A DNA stretch of 39,063 bases, from assembly GCA_028711675.1 (NCBI GenBank), contig JAQTRT010000002.1, positions 1-39,063 on the forward strand, read 5' to 3'. Of this stretch, positions 7,633 to 16,141 are shown in pieces. How positions within the stretch are numbered: the stretch's first letter is position 1; every line of letters begins with the position of its first letter. The notes beneath the pieces were generated by a model. The model ran no database searches. It saw only the letters and a program-made list of their open reading frames with translations, and was not told the DNA's origin. The DNA is from a bacterium (GTDB lineage: Bacteria; Spirochaetota; JAHITG01). A program made the translations under genes and the position numbers.

Positions 7633-9651
7633 GTGAAAAAACCGATAACTCTTCTCCTTTTCACGGTCTTTCTTTTGAACGTCATAACAATCATAATGGC
7701 AGACACCATCATCCCGGCCTCGAGACGGATCGACTGGACGCCGGGGATCCCCAACGGTATTCCGGATTCAACCGGCTGGGCCGTACGGAACGTCAAAGAT
7801 TACGGGGCAAAAGGGGACGGCGTGACCGATGATTACTTCGCCGTCATGAAAGCTATTTCCAATGCGCAGGCAAGCAACGTGATTTATTTTCCGGCAGGCA
7901 CATACACCGTCTCATCACAGATCATCATAAATTATAAAAATCCGAAACATCATGTTCTCCTGAAAGGCGCCGGGCCGTCAGGGACAATCATACGGTACAC
8001 GGGAACGGAATCAAGCCATAAGGGTATCATTTATTTTCAAAACACATCCGGGGCCGAAAGGGAGATCGACCTTTCCTCCGGTTTCACCAAGGACAGTATT
8101 TCCCTCGTATCCGGTTCAACCGTCCCGTTCCGGATAAACGACCATATCCTGATCGACCAGCTGAATGACCCTGCAGTTGTCAAGCTCAACGACCCGGACA
8201 CATATTATTCACGGGACAACGCGACACGCTGCATCGGCGAGATCGCCCGCGTGACCGCAACCAACGGGGCCGCGATAACCATCGACCACCCCCTGCACTG
8301 GAACTATAATTCAGGTTATACGCCCCAGGCCTGGAGAACGCATGACTCATCAAAATCATGTTATCTGCTGGGTATCGAAGATTTAAAGATCGAAAACATG
8401 AATCATCCTGATATCAATCTCATTTATTTCAATCACGGCCTCCAGTTCTGGGCCCGGAACGTGGAAGGCTGCCGGTCAGGGCAGACGCATGTCAGGCTGG
8501 CTTACAGCTACCAGTGTGAAATAAGAGGATCTTATTTCCACCATTCGCAGCAATACACCAGCGGCCAGGGTTATGGGGTACGGATATGTTATCAGACCAC
8601 GGACTGCCTGATCGAAGACAATATTTTCCATTATCTGCGCCATTCCATGGTCCTGATAGGCGGCGGGACAGGTAATGTTTTTGGCTATAATTACAGCAGT
8701 CGGATGTTCAATGATAATTACCCGAACACGGATTGGCTTACCGGCGACCTGCTGTGCCACGGCCCTCATCCCATGATGAACTTATTCGAAGGGAATATGG
8801 GATGCCTGCTCTTATTCGATTATGTACACGGTTCCGCAAGCCATATCACTGCTTTCCGGAACCATATAGCAGGATACAGCCAGGGAGAAAGCTGCGCGGT
8901 TTCCAAGGCTCTCCGCTGCGTCGGGATCGACCAGACCAATTATAACATGAACATCGTGGGCAATGTCCTGGGTTTATCCGATGATACAGGTATTTATGAA
9001 ACCAATTACTGGGCTTCCGGCGACTACAGGAAAACAGTCTGGAAGATCGGATACAATTCCTCTGTGTACAACGGATATCCCGTTGATACGAATTGCCGGA
9101 CCACAGCCATCAGGCACGGTAATTATGATTCTATCACCCGCTCCACACACTGGGACCCGGCTATTTCAGATCTCACCCTGACAAATTCCTATTACCTGAA
9201 AAGCAAACCTTCATTTTTCGGAAGTTTAACCTGGCCCTGCATAGGACCGGACCTGAATCCCATGGTCAGTACTATACCGGCCAAGCAAAGATATGATCAG
9301 ATGTCCGCCGGTCCCCCGTCATCCCCGGCAGCTCCTGCGACAAATCTCACACCAGGCAGCTCAAGTAATTTAAAGCAGGTGATCGTCGGCCCTAATCCTT
9401 ATAAATCCAATAAAACAACATTCCCCTCGGAAATCTATAAAGAGAGCATTACATTCCAGAAACTGACGAAACAAGCTTATATTAAAATATTCTCGGTGAG
9501 CGGGAAATTAGTGGATGAATTCGAGGAAACGGACAATGACGGCCGGTATATCTGGAAAATCCCCGGTCCCCTGGCAAGCGGTGTCTATCTCTGCGAGATA
9601 TCGAACAAGCAGGGAGAAAGGGTCAGGAGGAAGATCATGATCATCAAATGA
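7633..9651 (+). CDS. Secreted right-handed beta-helix protein (pectate-lyase-3/GH28-related N-terminus) with C-terminal sorting-type domain
   Basis: NVKDYGAKGDGVTDDYFAVMKAISNA is the classic N-terminal signature of the Pectate_lyase_3 / GH55-GH28-related beta-helix. The C-terminus is GPNPYKSNK...SGVYLCEISNKQGERVRRKIMIIK. I chose the GTG start at 7633, which has AAAAGAGG upstream and a signal peptide (KKPITLLLFTVFLLNVITIIMA). The longer ORF from 7483 would overlap the upstream gene by 127 nt. Confidence 0.7.
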   Translation: MKKPITLLLFTVFLLNVITIIMADTIIPASRRIDWTPGIPNGIPDSTGWAVRNVKDYGAKGDGVTDDYFAVMKAISNAQASNVIYFPAGTYTVSSQIIINYKNPKHHVLLKGAGPSGTIIRYTGTESSHKGIIYFQNTSGAEREIDLSSGFTKDSISLVSGSTVPFRINDHILIDQLNDPAVVKLNDPDTYYSRDNATRCIGEIARVTATNGAAITIDHPLHWNYNSGYTPQAWRTHDSSKSCYLLGIEDLKIENMNHPDINLIYFNHGLQFWARNVEGCRSGQTHVRLAYSYQCEIRGSYFHHSQQYTSGQGYGVRICYQTTDCLIEDNIFHYLRHSMVLIGGGTGNVFGYNYSSRMFNDNYPNTDWLTGDLLCHGPHPMMNLFEGNMGCLLLFDYVHGSASHITAFRNHIAGYSQGESCAVSKALRCVGIDQTNYNMNIVGNVLGLSDDTGIYETNYWASGDYRKTVWKIGYNSSVYNGYPVDTNCRTTAIRHGNYDSITRSTHWDPAISDLTLTNSYYLKSKPSFFGSLTWPCIGPDLNPMVSTIPAKQRYDQMSAGPPSSPAAPATNLTPGSSSNLKQVIVGPNPYKSNKTTFPSEIYKESITFQKLTKQAYIKIFSVSGKLVDEFEETDNDGRYIWKIPGPLASGVYLCEISNKQGERVRRKIMIIK

Positions 9652-9681
9652 ACAGAAGGGACCATGACAGCCTTTTCTCGA

Positions 9682-10143
9682 TCAGTAACCGGACCTTTTA
9701 CCGGTGAGCGGAGAGATATCAACCTTTATAACGCTGACTTTTTTCAATGCTTCTTTAGAGAAAGAGAATTTTCCAGTCCGCGGATATTTCCTTATGATAC
9801 ATTCAAGGGCTTTCTTTTTTTTAGCGGGATCTGTCATCACACTGGCCCGGCCGTATCCGATGACGCTGAGATAACGCATCCTCCAGTTACAGGGACGGAC
9901 GGACCGGACAACCCTGGTCCTGATATCCGTTTCAAAGCAGACATTTTTATTCTTCCTCAGCATATCCATTTTTTTCCCTTCCGAGGCCGAATGAAGATAA
10001 AGGCAGGAACCGTCATATCCGAAATTCATAGGCACGATATAAGGTTCACGGCCCAGGCAGAAGCCCACACGGCAGACCCGGGCTTCATGAAGGATGGCAT
10101 TTATTTCCCTTCTCCCTGTGATCTCCTTATCTTTTCTCCGCAT
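9682..10143 (-). CDS. Pyridoxamine 5'-phosphate oxidase-like FMN-binding split-barrel protein (Nim/Pyridox_ox_2-like)
   Basis: MRRKDKEITGRREINAILHEARVCRVGFCLGREPYIVPMNFGYDGSCLYLHSASEGKK matches the family N-terminal pattern, and the size is ~150 aa. The start codon overlaps the stop of the upstream gene (TAATG). Confidence 0.75.
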   Translation of the reverse strand: MRRKDKEITGRREINAILHEARVCRVGFCLGREPYIVPMNFGYDGSCLYLHSASEGKKMDMLRKNKNVCFETDIRTRVVRSVRPCNWRMRYLSVIGYGRASVMTDPAKKKKALECIIRKYPRTGKFSFSKEALKKVSVIKVDISPLTGKRSGY

Positions 10144-10955
10144 TATTTTTTATACTCCTTCTCAAAGAGCGCCAGGGCTTCGGGCAGTTTAATACGGAAG
10201 ATCCCCTGAAAAACAGACCTGTCATGCCTGGGATCTTTAATGTACCGGGAAAGGAATACCCGGAATTTCTCCGGCCCGTATGTTTCGACAAGATACTGGA
10301 TAAAGTACCTGTACAGTGTGTAATTGAACCCGGGTGCCATGGGATCAAGGTTAGAATAAATATCCCTGTTGTTTTCCTGGTAAGTGAACTTCTTTTTTTT
10401 CCATTCCCGTACGAACTCATTACGGGTCATGTAATACGGTCCCCCGAAATAACAGGCTGTTCCCTCAGAAACCCAGTGCTGGCCTGTGATCCTCATGGAT
10501 TTCAAGATCCCGGTGTTCTGCTGGACGAGGCTGTGGCAAAGTTCATGCCTGATGTACTGGGGCTCCTTTCTTCCGCTGCGAACGATACGCGGCTGGTCGA
10601 TATAAACAACATCGCCTGTCTCAAGTGCCCTGCCGCCCATCCCGTAATTCCTCATCCAAAGCATGATACGGCCCATCTCACTGAACCGGCCTTTGTCATC
10701 CAGGGCCACAAAGACCTTCACAGGTTTCCTGTATTTCAGGCCGTACAGCTTTTCTGCTTCAGCCATGATCCTGTCGATCGTATGATACACAGGGTCCAGT
10801 TTGTTCTTATCACGGATGAACACAACAGCTTTCCGGGACCTGATCTGATGATATCCCGGCCTGAGAGGGCTCCAGGGCAGCAACGGACCATAGAGAAATA
10901 AAAAAATGATTAAAAGGAACGGAACGAGCAGAAGAACTATTGTGCGCTTTTTCAT
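10143..10955 (-). CDS. Membrane-anchored putative zinc metallopeptidase (peptidase MA-like, HExxH + downstream E)
   Basis: HExxH motif (IRHELCHSLV) followed by WVSEGTACYF, the gluzincin-type third ligand context. An N-terminal TM/signal segment is present (KKRTIVLLLVPFLLIIFLFLY). ATG 10955 is preceded by AAGAGG. The longer ORF to 10985 would run into the inverted repeat. Confidence 0.5.
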   Translation of the reverse strand: MKKRTIVLLLVPFLLIIFLFLYGPLLPWSPLRPGYHQIRSRKAVVFIRDKNKLDPVYHTIDRIMAEAEKLYGLKYRKPVKVFVALDDKGRFSEMGRIMLWMRNYGMGGRALETGDVVYIDQPRIVRSGRKEPQYIRHELCHSLVQQNTGILKSMRITGQHWVSEGTACYFGGPYYMTRNEFVREWKKKKFTYQENNRDIYSNLDPMAPGFNYTLYRYFIQYLVETYGPEKFRVFLSRYIKDPRHDRSVFQGIFRIKLPEALALFEKEYKK

Positions 10956-10967
10956 GACAACCTCTTG

Positions 10968-11068
10968 GGGGACGGTGCTTGACATTTTGACATTTTGTCA
11001 GGGATACTGAAACAGATGGGGAAAATAAGTTATTTTATTAAAATGTCAAAATGTCAAGCACCGTCCCC
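10968..11068. repeat. Perfect 29-bp inverted repeat with a 43-nt spacer; each arm contains tandem TTGACATT units
   Basis: The left arm GGGGACGGTGCTTGACATTTTGACATTTT (10968-10996) is the exact reverse complement of 11040-11068. The repeat fills the gap between the stop of the 11068-11727 gene and the RBS of the 10143-10955 gene. Confidence 0.9.
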
Positions 11069-11727
11069 TATTTTATCTTAAAATCTTTCAGGGTACAGTT
11101 GAACATGTTCCAGTTTATTCCGTACATCATGTATTTTTTCAGGTCTACCCTCTCCGGGATATAGAACGCATCCTGCTTTCTGAATGTGACCCCGATCTCA
11201 TATTTCTCGTTCCTGTCCATGACCATAAGCTGGTTGGTTCCCAAGGGACAAAGAGTGATATCGCTGAATTTACCGTTGAGAAAAAGGGTATGGGACGGTT
11301 TATCCGGCAGGACCTTGGCAATAAAGGAATGGACAAAGGCCAGCAGAGAATTGCTCTTGTTCCGGTTCGTATAATCCTGCCGGTTCGTCTGGAAGCCGCT
11401 GTACCGTACATATCCGACTACATTGGATAAAAAAACGATATTCTCGTATGACAGCTTGTTCCCGCTGCTGGTCCGGATATCATCGCGCAACGAATCCATC
11501 CCTGTCTGCCAGGAGCACCGGTCCTCCTGTTGAAAGTCGATCAAACCGCTGGCCGTTATCCGGACCCTGGCTGTCACATGATTGGAATAATGGACAAGCC
11601 GGATCTGCCCGATGGACAGGGAGCCCAGATTAAGGATATAATCGATCTGGTAGACCGCCTGTAAAGGACCAAGACCTCCTCCCAACAGAAGTAAACCAAG
11701 CACACGGATCCCTTTTCCTATTCCCAT
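11068..11727 (-). CDS. Hypothetical secreted protein (possibly DUF3108-like)
   Basis: Signal-like N-terminus (GIRVLGLLLLGGGLGPLQA). I recognise no catalytic motif, and the family guess is weak. Confidence 0.4.
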   Translation of the reverse strand: MGIGKGIRVLGLLLLGGGLGPLQAVYQIDYILNLGSLSIGQIRLVHYSNHVTARVRITASGLIDFQQEDRCSWQTGMDSLRDDIRTSSGNKLSYENIVFLSNVVGYVRYSGFQTNRQDYTNRNKSNSLLAFVHSFIAKVLPDKPSHTLFLNGKFSDITLCPLGTNQLMVMDRNEKYEIGVTFRKQDAFYIPERVDLKKYMMYGINWNMFNCTLKDFKIK

Positions 11728-11754
11728 TATTTTATTCTCCCTGGCCTGTATCCT

Positions 11755-13980
11755 TTACTGGGCGCTTTTCACATCTTCGATAATTAGGGAAACGCTTTCC
11801 TTATTGTTCCAGGTATTTATTTCCGGCCTGAAAACGATATGATACTGTTCACCCACGGCAAAATCCTTGCCCTGCGCGACACCGCCCCAGAACAAGGCGT
11901 CAAAAATATGCCGGTCATCCTTTCCGACCCGGAGCTTCAGGTGTTTTTTATTGCTCCCGATCATCTGGACATTGTAAAGCCGGACGTCTTTCAGCAGAAA
12001 GAGCGGTTCATCGTTATCCTCTCCGAACGGCTCAAAGAGCTGCTCCATCTTTTTCATCATATTCACTGTCAGGTCATCCAGGCTGATCTCAGCGTCGATC
12101 TCCAGGACAGGAATAAGATCCTCCTCCTTTAACTCCTTCTCCGCAATGGCTCTCAAACGGGTCTTGAACGCCTCCAGATTTTCCTGCTTGATGGAAAAGC
12201 CAACGGCATATTTATGCCCGCCGAAATCTATGAACAGGTCCCTGCACTGCTTGAACGCTTCGAAGATCTTGAACTGCTCAATGCTGCGGGCCGTGCCCAC
12301 GCCTTCCCCGTCCTTGAGGATCAGGATCACCACAGGCCTGTAGAACATCTCCAGGATCCGGTTGGCGATCACTCCGGTTACCCCATGCTCCATGTCCTCG
12401 ATATCGATGATGAAGATCTTATCCTTCTCTACATCCACCTTCTGTTCCAGGATACCCATCACCTTGTCGAAATTCACCTGCTGCTTATCTTTCCGCTGCT
12501 GGTTCAGGATGAGCAGTTCATCCACGATCTTTTCCGCTTCCTTGTAGCTGTCGCTGATCAGCAGTTTCAGGGCTTTGTCCGCGATGCCCATGCGGCCGGC
12601 CGCGTTCAGGATAGGGATGACTTTCCAGGAAAGGGCCCTGGCTGTCAGGGTTTTCTGGCTGATGTTCAGCTTTTTCAGGAGGATCTCAAGCCCGATGATA
12701 TCCGTGCTCTTCAGCTTCTCCAGGCCTTTCCGGACAATCAGCCTGTTCTCATCCCGGAGCGGCACAACGTCCGCAATGCTTCCCAGGACCGCATATTCAC
12801 TGAACGCCTCCAGGATATTCTTGATCTTCTTGGTCACCTTGAAGAATTTTTTAAAGATCTCATAGGTCACCCTGGCATCCACCATGGCGCCATGGAACTT
12901 CCCTTCCTCTTTGATATGAAAATAAGCAGCCACACTCTCCAGTTTATTATGGGGCAGATGAAGATAGCTCCTGGCCAGCTCGAGCGTGTCCACCATCTCG
13001 TTCTTGATCTTTATGTCCAGGCACGTCTTGATATCCCGCCTGAGGAAATGGATGTCAAAACCGGTTATATTATGTCCCACCAGGACAGCATCCTTGATGA
13101 ACTCATAAAAGCCGCCAATGACACGGGAGATTGGTTCCTCGTTCTGAAGCTGTTCTTCAGTGATGCCTGTTAAATCCTGGACTTCCCGGGAAAGGGCCTT
13201 GGGGGGTTTCACATATTTATGGAATTCGCCTGTTTTGATGAAGTTCCGGTATTTAACAGCTCCTATCTCGATGATCTCTTCATTCAATTCAAAGCCCGTA
13301 GTCTCCAGGTCAAGCACAACGATCTCTCTGTCATAGAACTGGGAATAGGAAAGGAAGATTCCGCACAGGAGCTTATAGGCCACACCCACGCCCGCCAGGT
13401 CCTTGAAGGGATAATTCTCCTCGCATTTAGGATTCAGGACAGCCAGGGCTTCAGGCAGCTTTTCACCCGGTGTATGGTGGTCCGTGATAATGACGTCCAT
13501 GCCGTTCTCCACAGCCTTCTTCACCGCGTCAAATTCGGAGATCCCGTTATCAACCGTGATAATGAGATTACAGCCGCCGGCCTTGAACTGTTCGACGTAT
13601 TCCGTGTTGATGCCGTAACCGTCTTTGGCTGAAGGGACAAAAACCTCGACACGGCCGTTCAGCTTTTTCAGGGCTCTATAGACCATGGCACTGCTGGATA
13701 CGCCGTCCACATCGCGGTCGCCATAGATGAATATCTTTTCTTTGGCTTCAAGAGCTTTCCGGATCCGGTCCACGGCCTTCTGCATATCCCGGAACAGGAA
13801 AGGATTATGAAGGTCGTTGATCAGATCGGGATTAAGAAAGCTGCGTGCGGATTCCCTGTCCTGCACACCCTTGCTGTTCAATAAAACAGCAAAGAACCGG
13901 TTGAACCCCAGTTCCAGACCGAGTCTGCTGATCGTCTCTTCATCATGGGATTTCAGTTTCCAAATCTTGTTTTTTATCAT
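11755..13980 (-). CDS. recJ: Single-stranded-DNA-specific exonuclease RecJ carrying an inserted DnaQ-like DEDDh 3'-5' exonuclease domain
   Basis: DHH motifs are present (IFIYGDRDVDGVSS, ITVDNG, ITDHH), as are LAGVGVAYKL, the LGSIADVVPL linker and DHHA1 FGGHKYAVG. Between AYKL and LGSIADVVPL lie ~170 extra aa carrying ExoI VLDLETTG, ExoII LVGHNITGFDIHFL and ExoIII HGAMVDARVTYEIF. Confidence 0.9.
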   Translation of the reverse strand: MIKNKIWKLKSHDEETISRLGLELGFNRFFAVLLNSKGVQDRESARSFLNPDLINDLHNPFLFRDMQKAVDRIRKALEAKEKIFIYGDRDVDGVSSSAMVYRALKKLNGRVEVFVPSAKDGYGINTEYVEQFKAGGCNLIITVDNGISEFDAVKKAVENGMDVIITDHHTPGEKLPEALAVLNPKCEENYPFKDLAGVGVAYKLLCGIFLSYSQFYDREIVVLDLETTGFELNEEIIEIGAVKYRNFIKTGEFHKYVKPPKALSREVQDLTGITEEQLQNEEPISRVIGGFYEFIKDAVLVGHNITGFDIHFLRRDIKTCLDIKIKNEMVDTLELARSYLHLPHNKLESVAAYFHIKEEGKFHGAMVDARVTYEIFKKFFKVTKKIKNILEAFSEYAVLGSIADVVPLRDENRLIVRKGLEKLKSTDIIGLEILLKKLNISQKTLTARALSWKVIPILNAAGRMGIADKALKLLISDSYKEAEKIVDELLILNQQRKDKQQVNFDKVMGILEQKVDVEKDKIFIIDIEDMEHGVTGVIANRILEMFYRPVVILILKDGEGVGTARSIEQFKIFEAFKQCRDLFIDFGGHKYAVGFSIKQENLEAFKTRLRAIAEKELKEEDLIPVLEIDAEISLDDLTVNMMKKMEQLFEPFGEDNDEPLFLLKDVRLYNVQMIGSNKKHLKLRVGKDDRHIFDALFWGGVAQGKDFAVGEQYHIVFRPEINTWNNKESVSLIIEDVKSAQ

Positions 13981-14073
13981 ACTGTTATCGGAGGATAATT
14001 TCAGGCTTCAGCCGGTCAGATCCGGTCCTGCGGCTGCCAGGACATGAACTACCAGGATCCGTCAGCCGGATGA

Positions 14074-14910
14074 TCAAATCTCCATCTTGCTGAGTTCAAG
14101 TAAAAAGCCTTTGATAAGTTTGATGAACTTGGACCTGGCTTTTTCCGAAGTTTCAAGAACCTCTTTATGGTCAAGTTTCTTTTTTAAGATACCGGCAGCC
14201 ATATTCGTGAGCAGGGAAATACCGGCCACCCGCAATCCCAGCTGGTTGGCTACGATCACTTCAGGTACCGTACTCATTCCCACAGCATCAGCGCCGATGC
14301 TGTCCAGCATCCGGATTTCAGCCGGTGTTTCGTAAGAAGGCCCTGTCATGGCAGCATACACTCCCTGCCGCAGAGGAACCTTATTCTTTAACGCAGCCTT
14401 TTTCAGAACCTGGATCATTTCCGGATTATACCCGAAGGTCATATCGATGAACCGCGGATAAAGATCTTCCCTTGACCAGCCCCTGAGAGGATTGTCTCCC
14501 ATGAGGTTTATATGATCTGTCAGGACCATCAGGTCGCCTGTCCTGAACCTGGGATTAACACTGCCGCCGGCATTGGTGACTACAAGGACTTTAATCCCCA
14601 GCTCTTTCAGGACCCGGACCGGATATGTGATATCTTCCATGGGATATTCTTCATAATAATGAAAACGTCCCTTCATGACCACAACTTTCAGGTTATGGAT
14701 CTCCCCAAAGACAAGAGTATTGGAATGGCCTTTTACCGTGGATACAGGGAAGAACGGGATCCTGGAATAGGGGATGGATAATGGATTCTGCAGGCTGTCA
14801 GCCATGACGCCCAGCCCGGACCCCAGGATCAGACCCACTTTTGGGGTCGAACTATAATATCGCCTGATGTATTTCATGCTTTTTTTTAAGGTCTTTGTAA
14901 TATTTTCCAT
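14074..14910 (-). CDS. punA: Purine nucleoside phosphorylase (trimeric PNP-I / PunA type)
   Basis: Motifs LILGSGLG, GRFHYYEEY, VTNAGGS, TGPSYETPAE, GADAVGMSTVPEV and LTNMAAG. ATG 14910 is preceded by GGGAGG. The longer ORF to 14946 lacks an RBS. Confidence 0.85.
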   Translation of the reverse strand: MENITKTLKKSMKYIRRYYSSTPKVGLILGSGLGVMADSLQNPLSIPYSRIPFFPVSTVKGHSNTLVFGEIHNLKVVVMKGRFHYYEEYPMEDITYPVRVLKELGIKVLVVTNAGGSVNPRFRTGDLMVLTDHINLMGDNPLRGWSREDLYPRFIDMTFGYNPEMIQVLKKAALKNKVPLRQGVYAAMTGPSYETPAEIRMLDSIGADAVGMSTVPEVIVANQLGLRVAGISLLTNMAAGILKKKLDHKEVLETSEKARSKFIKLIKGFLLELSKMEI

Positions 14911-15151
14911 AATGTACCTCCCAAAGGCTTGGTACCTGGACTTCATACGGGAATCTTTAAAATATGAATGTACTGTTATAGAACACCCGTTTAAAACACA
15001 GATACGCTACTCTTTATTTAGTAATAAAAATAAATCCGATATCAAATATATTTTGAATGATGTTTTGCGGAGAATTTAAAGAACAATCCCGGTCTATCCG
15101 TTCTAAAAGGATATTCCTTGATTTTCAAATCCATTTATATATTATTCAACC

Positions 15152-16141
15152 GTGAATATCATTCTTACACATACGGATTTCGACGGAGTGATCAGCTCCG
15201 CTCTACTCTCCCTGGCTACCGGTATTGATTTCATCAAATTCCTGAGCAATAACCAGATCTGGTATGAGAACCTGACAGGCCAGGAGGTCATCTCCGACCT
15301 TCCCTGCCCCTGGAAATGCAGCCTCTGGTTCGATCATCACGAATCCAATCTTAAAGAGATGAAGGAACGGGGTGTGGACACCGCCCTGATACCCGGAAAG
15401 TTCGAGATCGCGGATTCCTGCGCCAGGATCATATATGAGCATTTCAGAGAATCCGTGCCTTTTCCGCATTATTTTGAGGACGTGATCCGGGAGACCGATA
15501 AGATCGACAGCATGAAATATGATTCCCTGGAGGAATGGCTCCGGGAAACGCCGGTCAAATGCTTATCCAACACGGTCCAGCTTTTCCCGGACGACGATTA
15601 CAGGAAATTCCTCCATTATCTCCTGGACCTGGCCAAGCTGATCAAGAGGCACGAGCCGCAGAAGATCCTGGAAATGGAAAATGTTAAAAAACGGTGCAAC
15701 AAGTTCAGGACATACAAGGAAGAATCCACCAAACTGATCAGGGATAATTACTATTTTCATACGACCGACAGCGAAAAAAAGATGGCCGTCCTCGACCTCA
15801 GCGAGTTCAAGACCCCGGCCCGTATCGATAAAAATTTTGTTTACATCATCGAGCCTGAGGCGGAATGCGTTTTATTCATCAACGCCATCTTCAAGAACAA
15901 CGTCAAGACCAATGACCTGAAATTTTCCATGGGCATTAATTTTACCCGTTCCCGTTTTTTACCGGCCATGAACATCGCCAAGATATTCGAGGAACTGGAA
16001 TTGGGCGGAGGGCATTCCAAAACAGCCGGCGGCATCCTTCATGCCGCAACCAAGCTGGAGAAGCTGGAAAAGAAAGAGAACATCCTCAAGCAGATAGTTG
16101 AAAAATGGTACAACCAGAAAAAAGCTCAACCGGTCATTTAG
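15152..16141 (+). CDS. DHH/DHHA1-family phosphoesterase (NrnA-like nanoRNase/pAp phosphatase candidate)
   Basis: GTG start. Motifs are ILTHTDFDGVIS, LWFDHHESN (DHH) and GGGHSKTAGG (DHHA1 GGGH). Confidence 0.7.
   Translation: MNIILTHTDFDGVISSALLSLATGIDFIKFLSNNQIWYENLTGQEVISDLPCPWKCSLWFDHHESNLKEMKERGVDTALIPGKFEIADSCARIIYEHFRESVPFPHYFEDVIRETDKIDSMKYDSLEEWLRETPVKCLSNTVQLFPDDDYRKFLHYLLDLAKLIKRHEPQKILEMENVKKRCNKFRTYKEESTKLIRDNYYFHTTDSEKKMAVLDLSEFKTPARIDKNFVYIIEPEAECVLFINAIFKNNVKTNDLKFSMGINFTRSRFLPAMNIAKIFEELELGGGHSKTAGGILHAATKLEKLEKKENILKQIVEKWYNQKKAQPVI

Noticed and set aside
12214-13173. A 319-aa ORF on the plus strand, with smaller neighbours at 11839, 12146, 12362, 12575 and 13219.
   Set aside because: All are antisense to recJ, whose frame carries every DHH/DHHA1/DEDDh motif. 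They are shadow ORFs.
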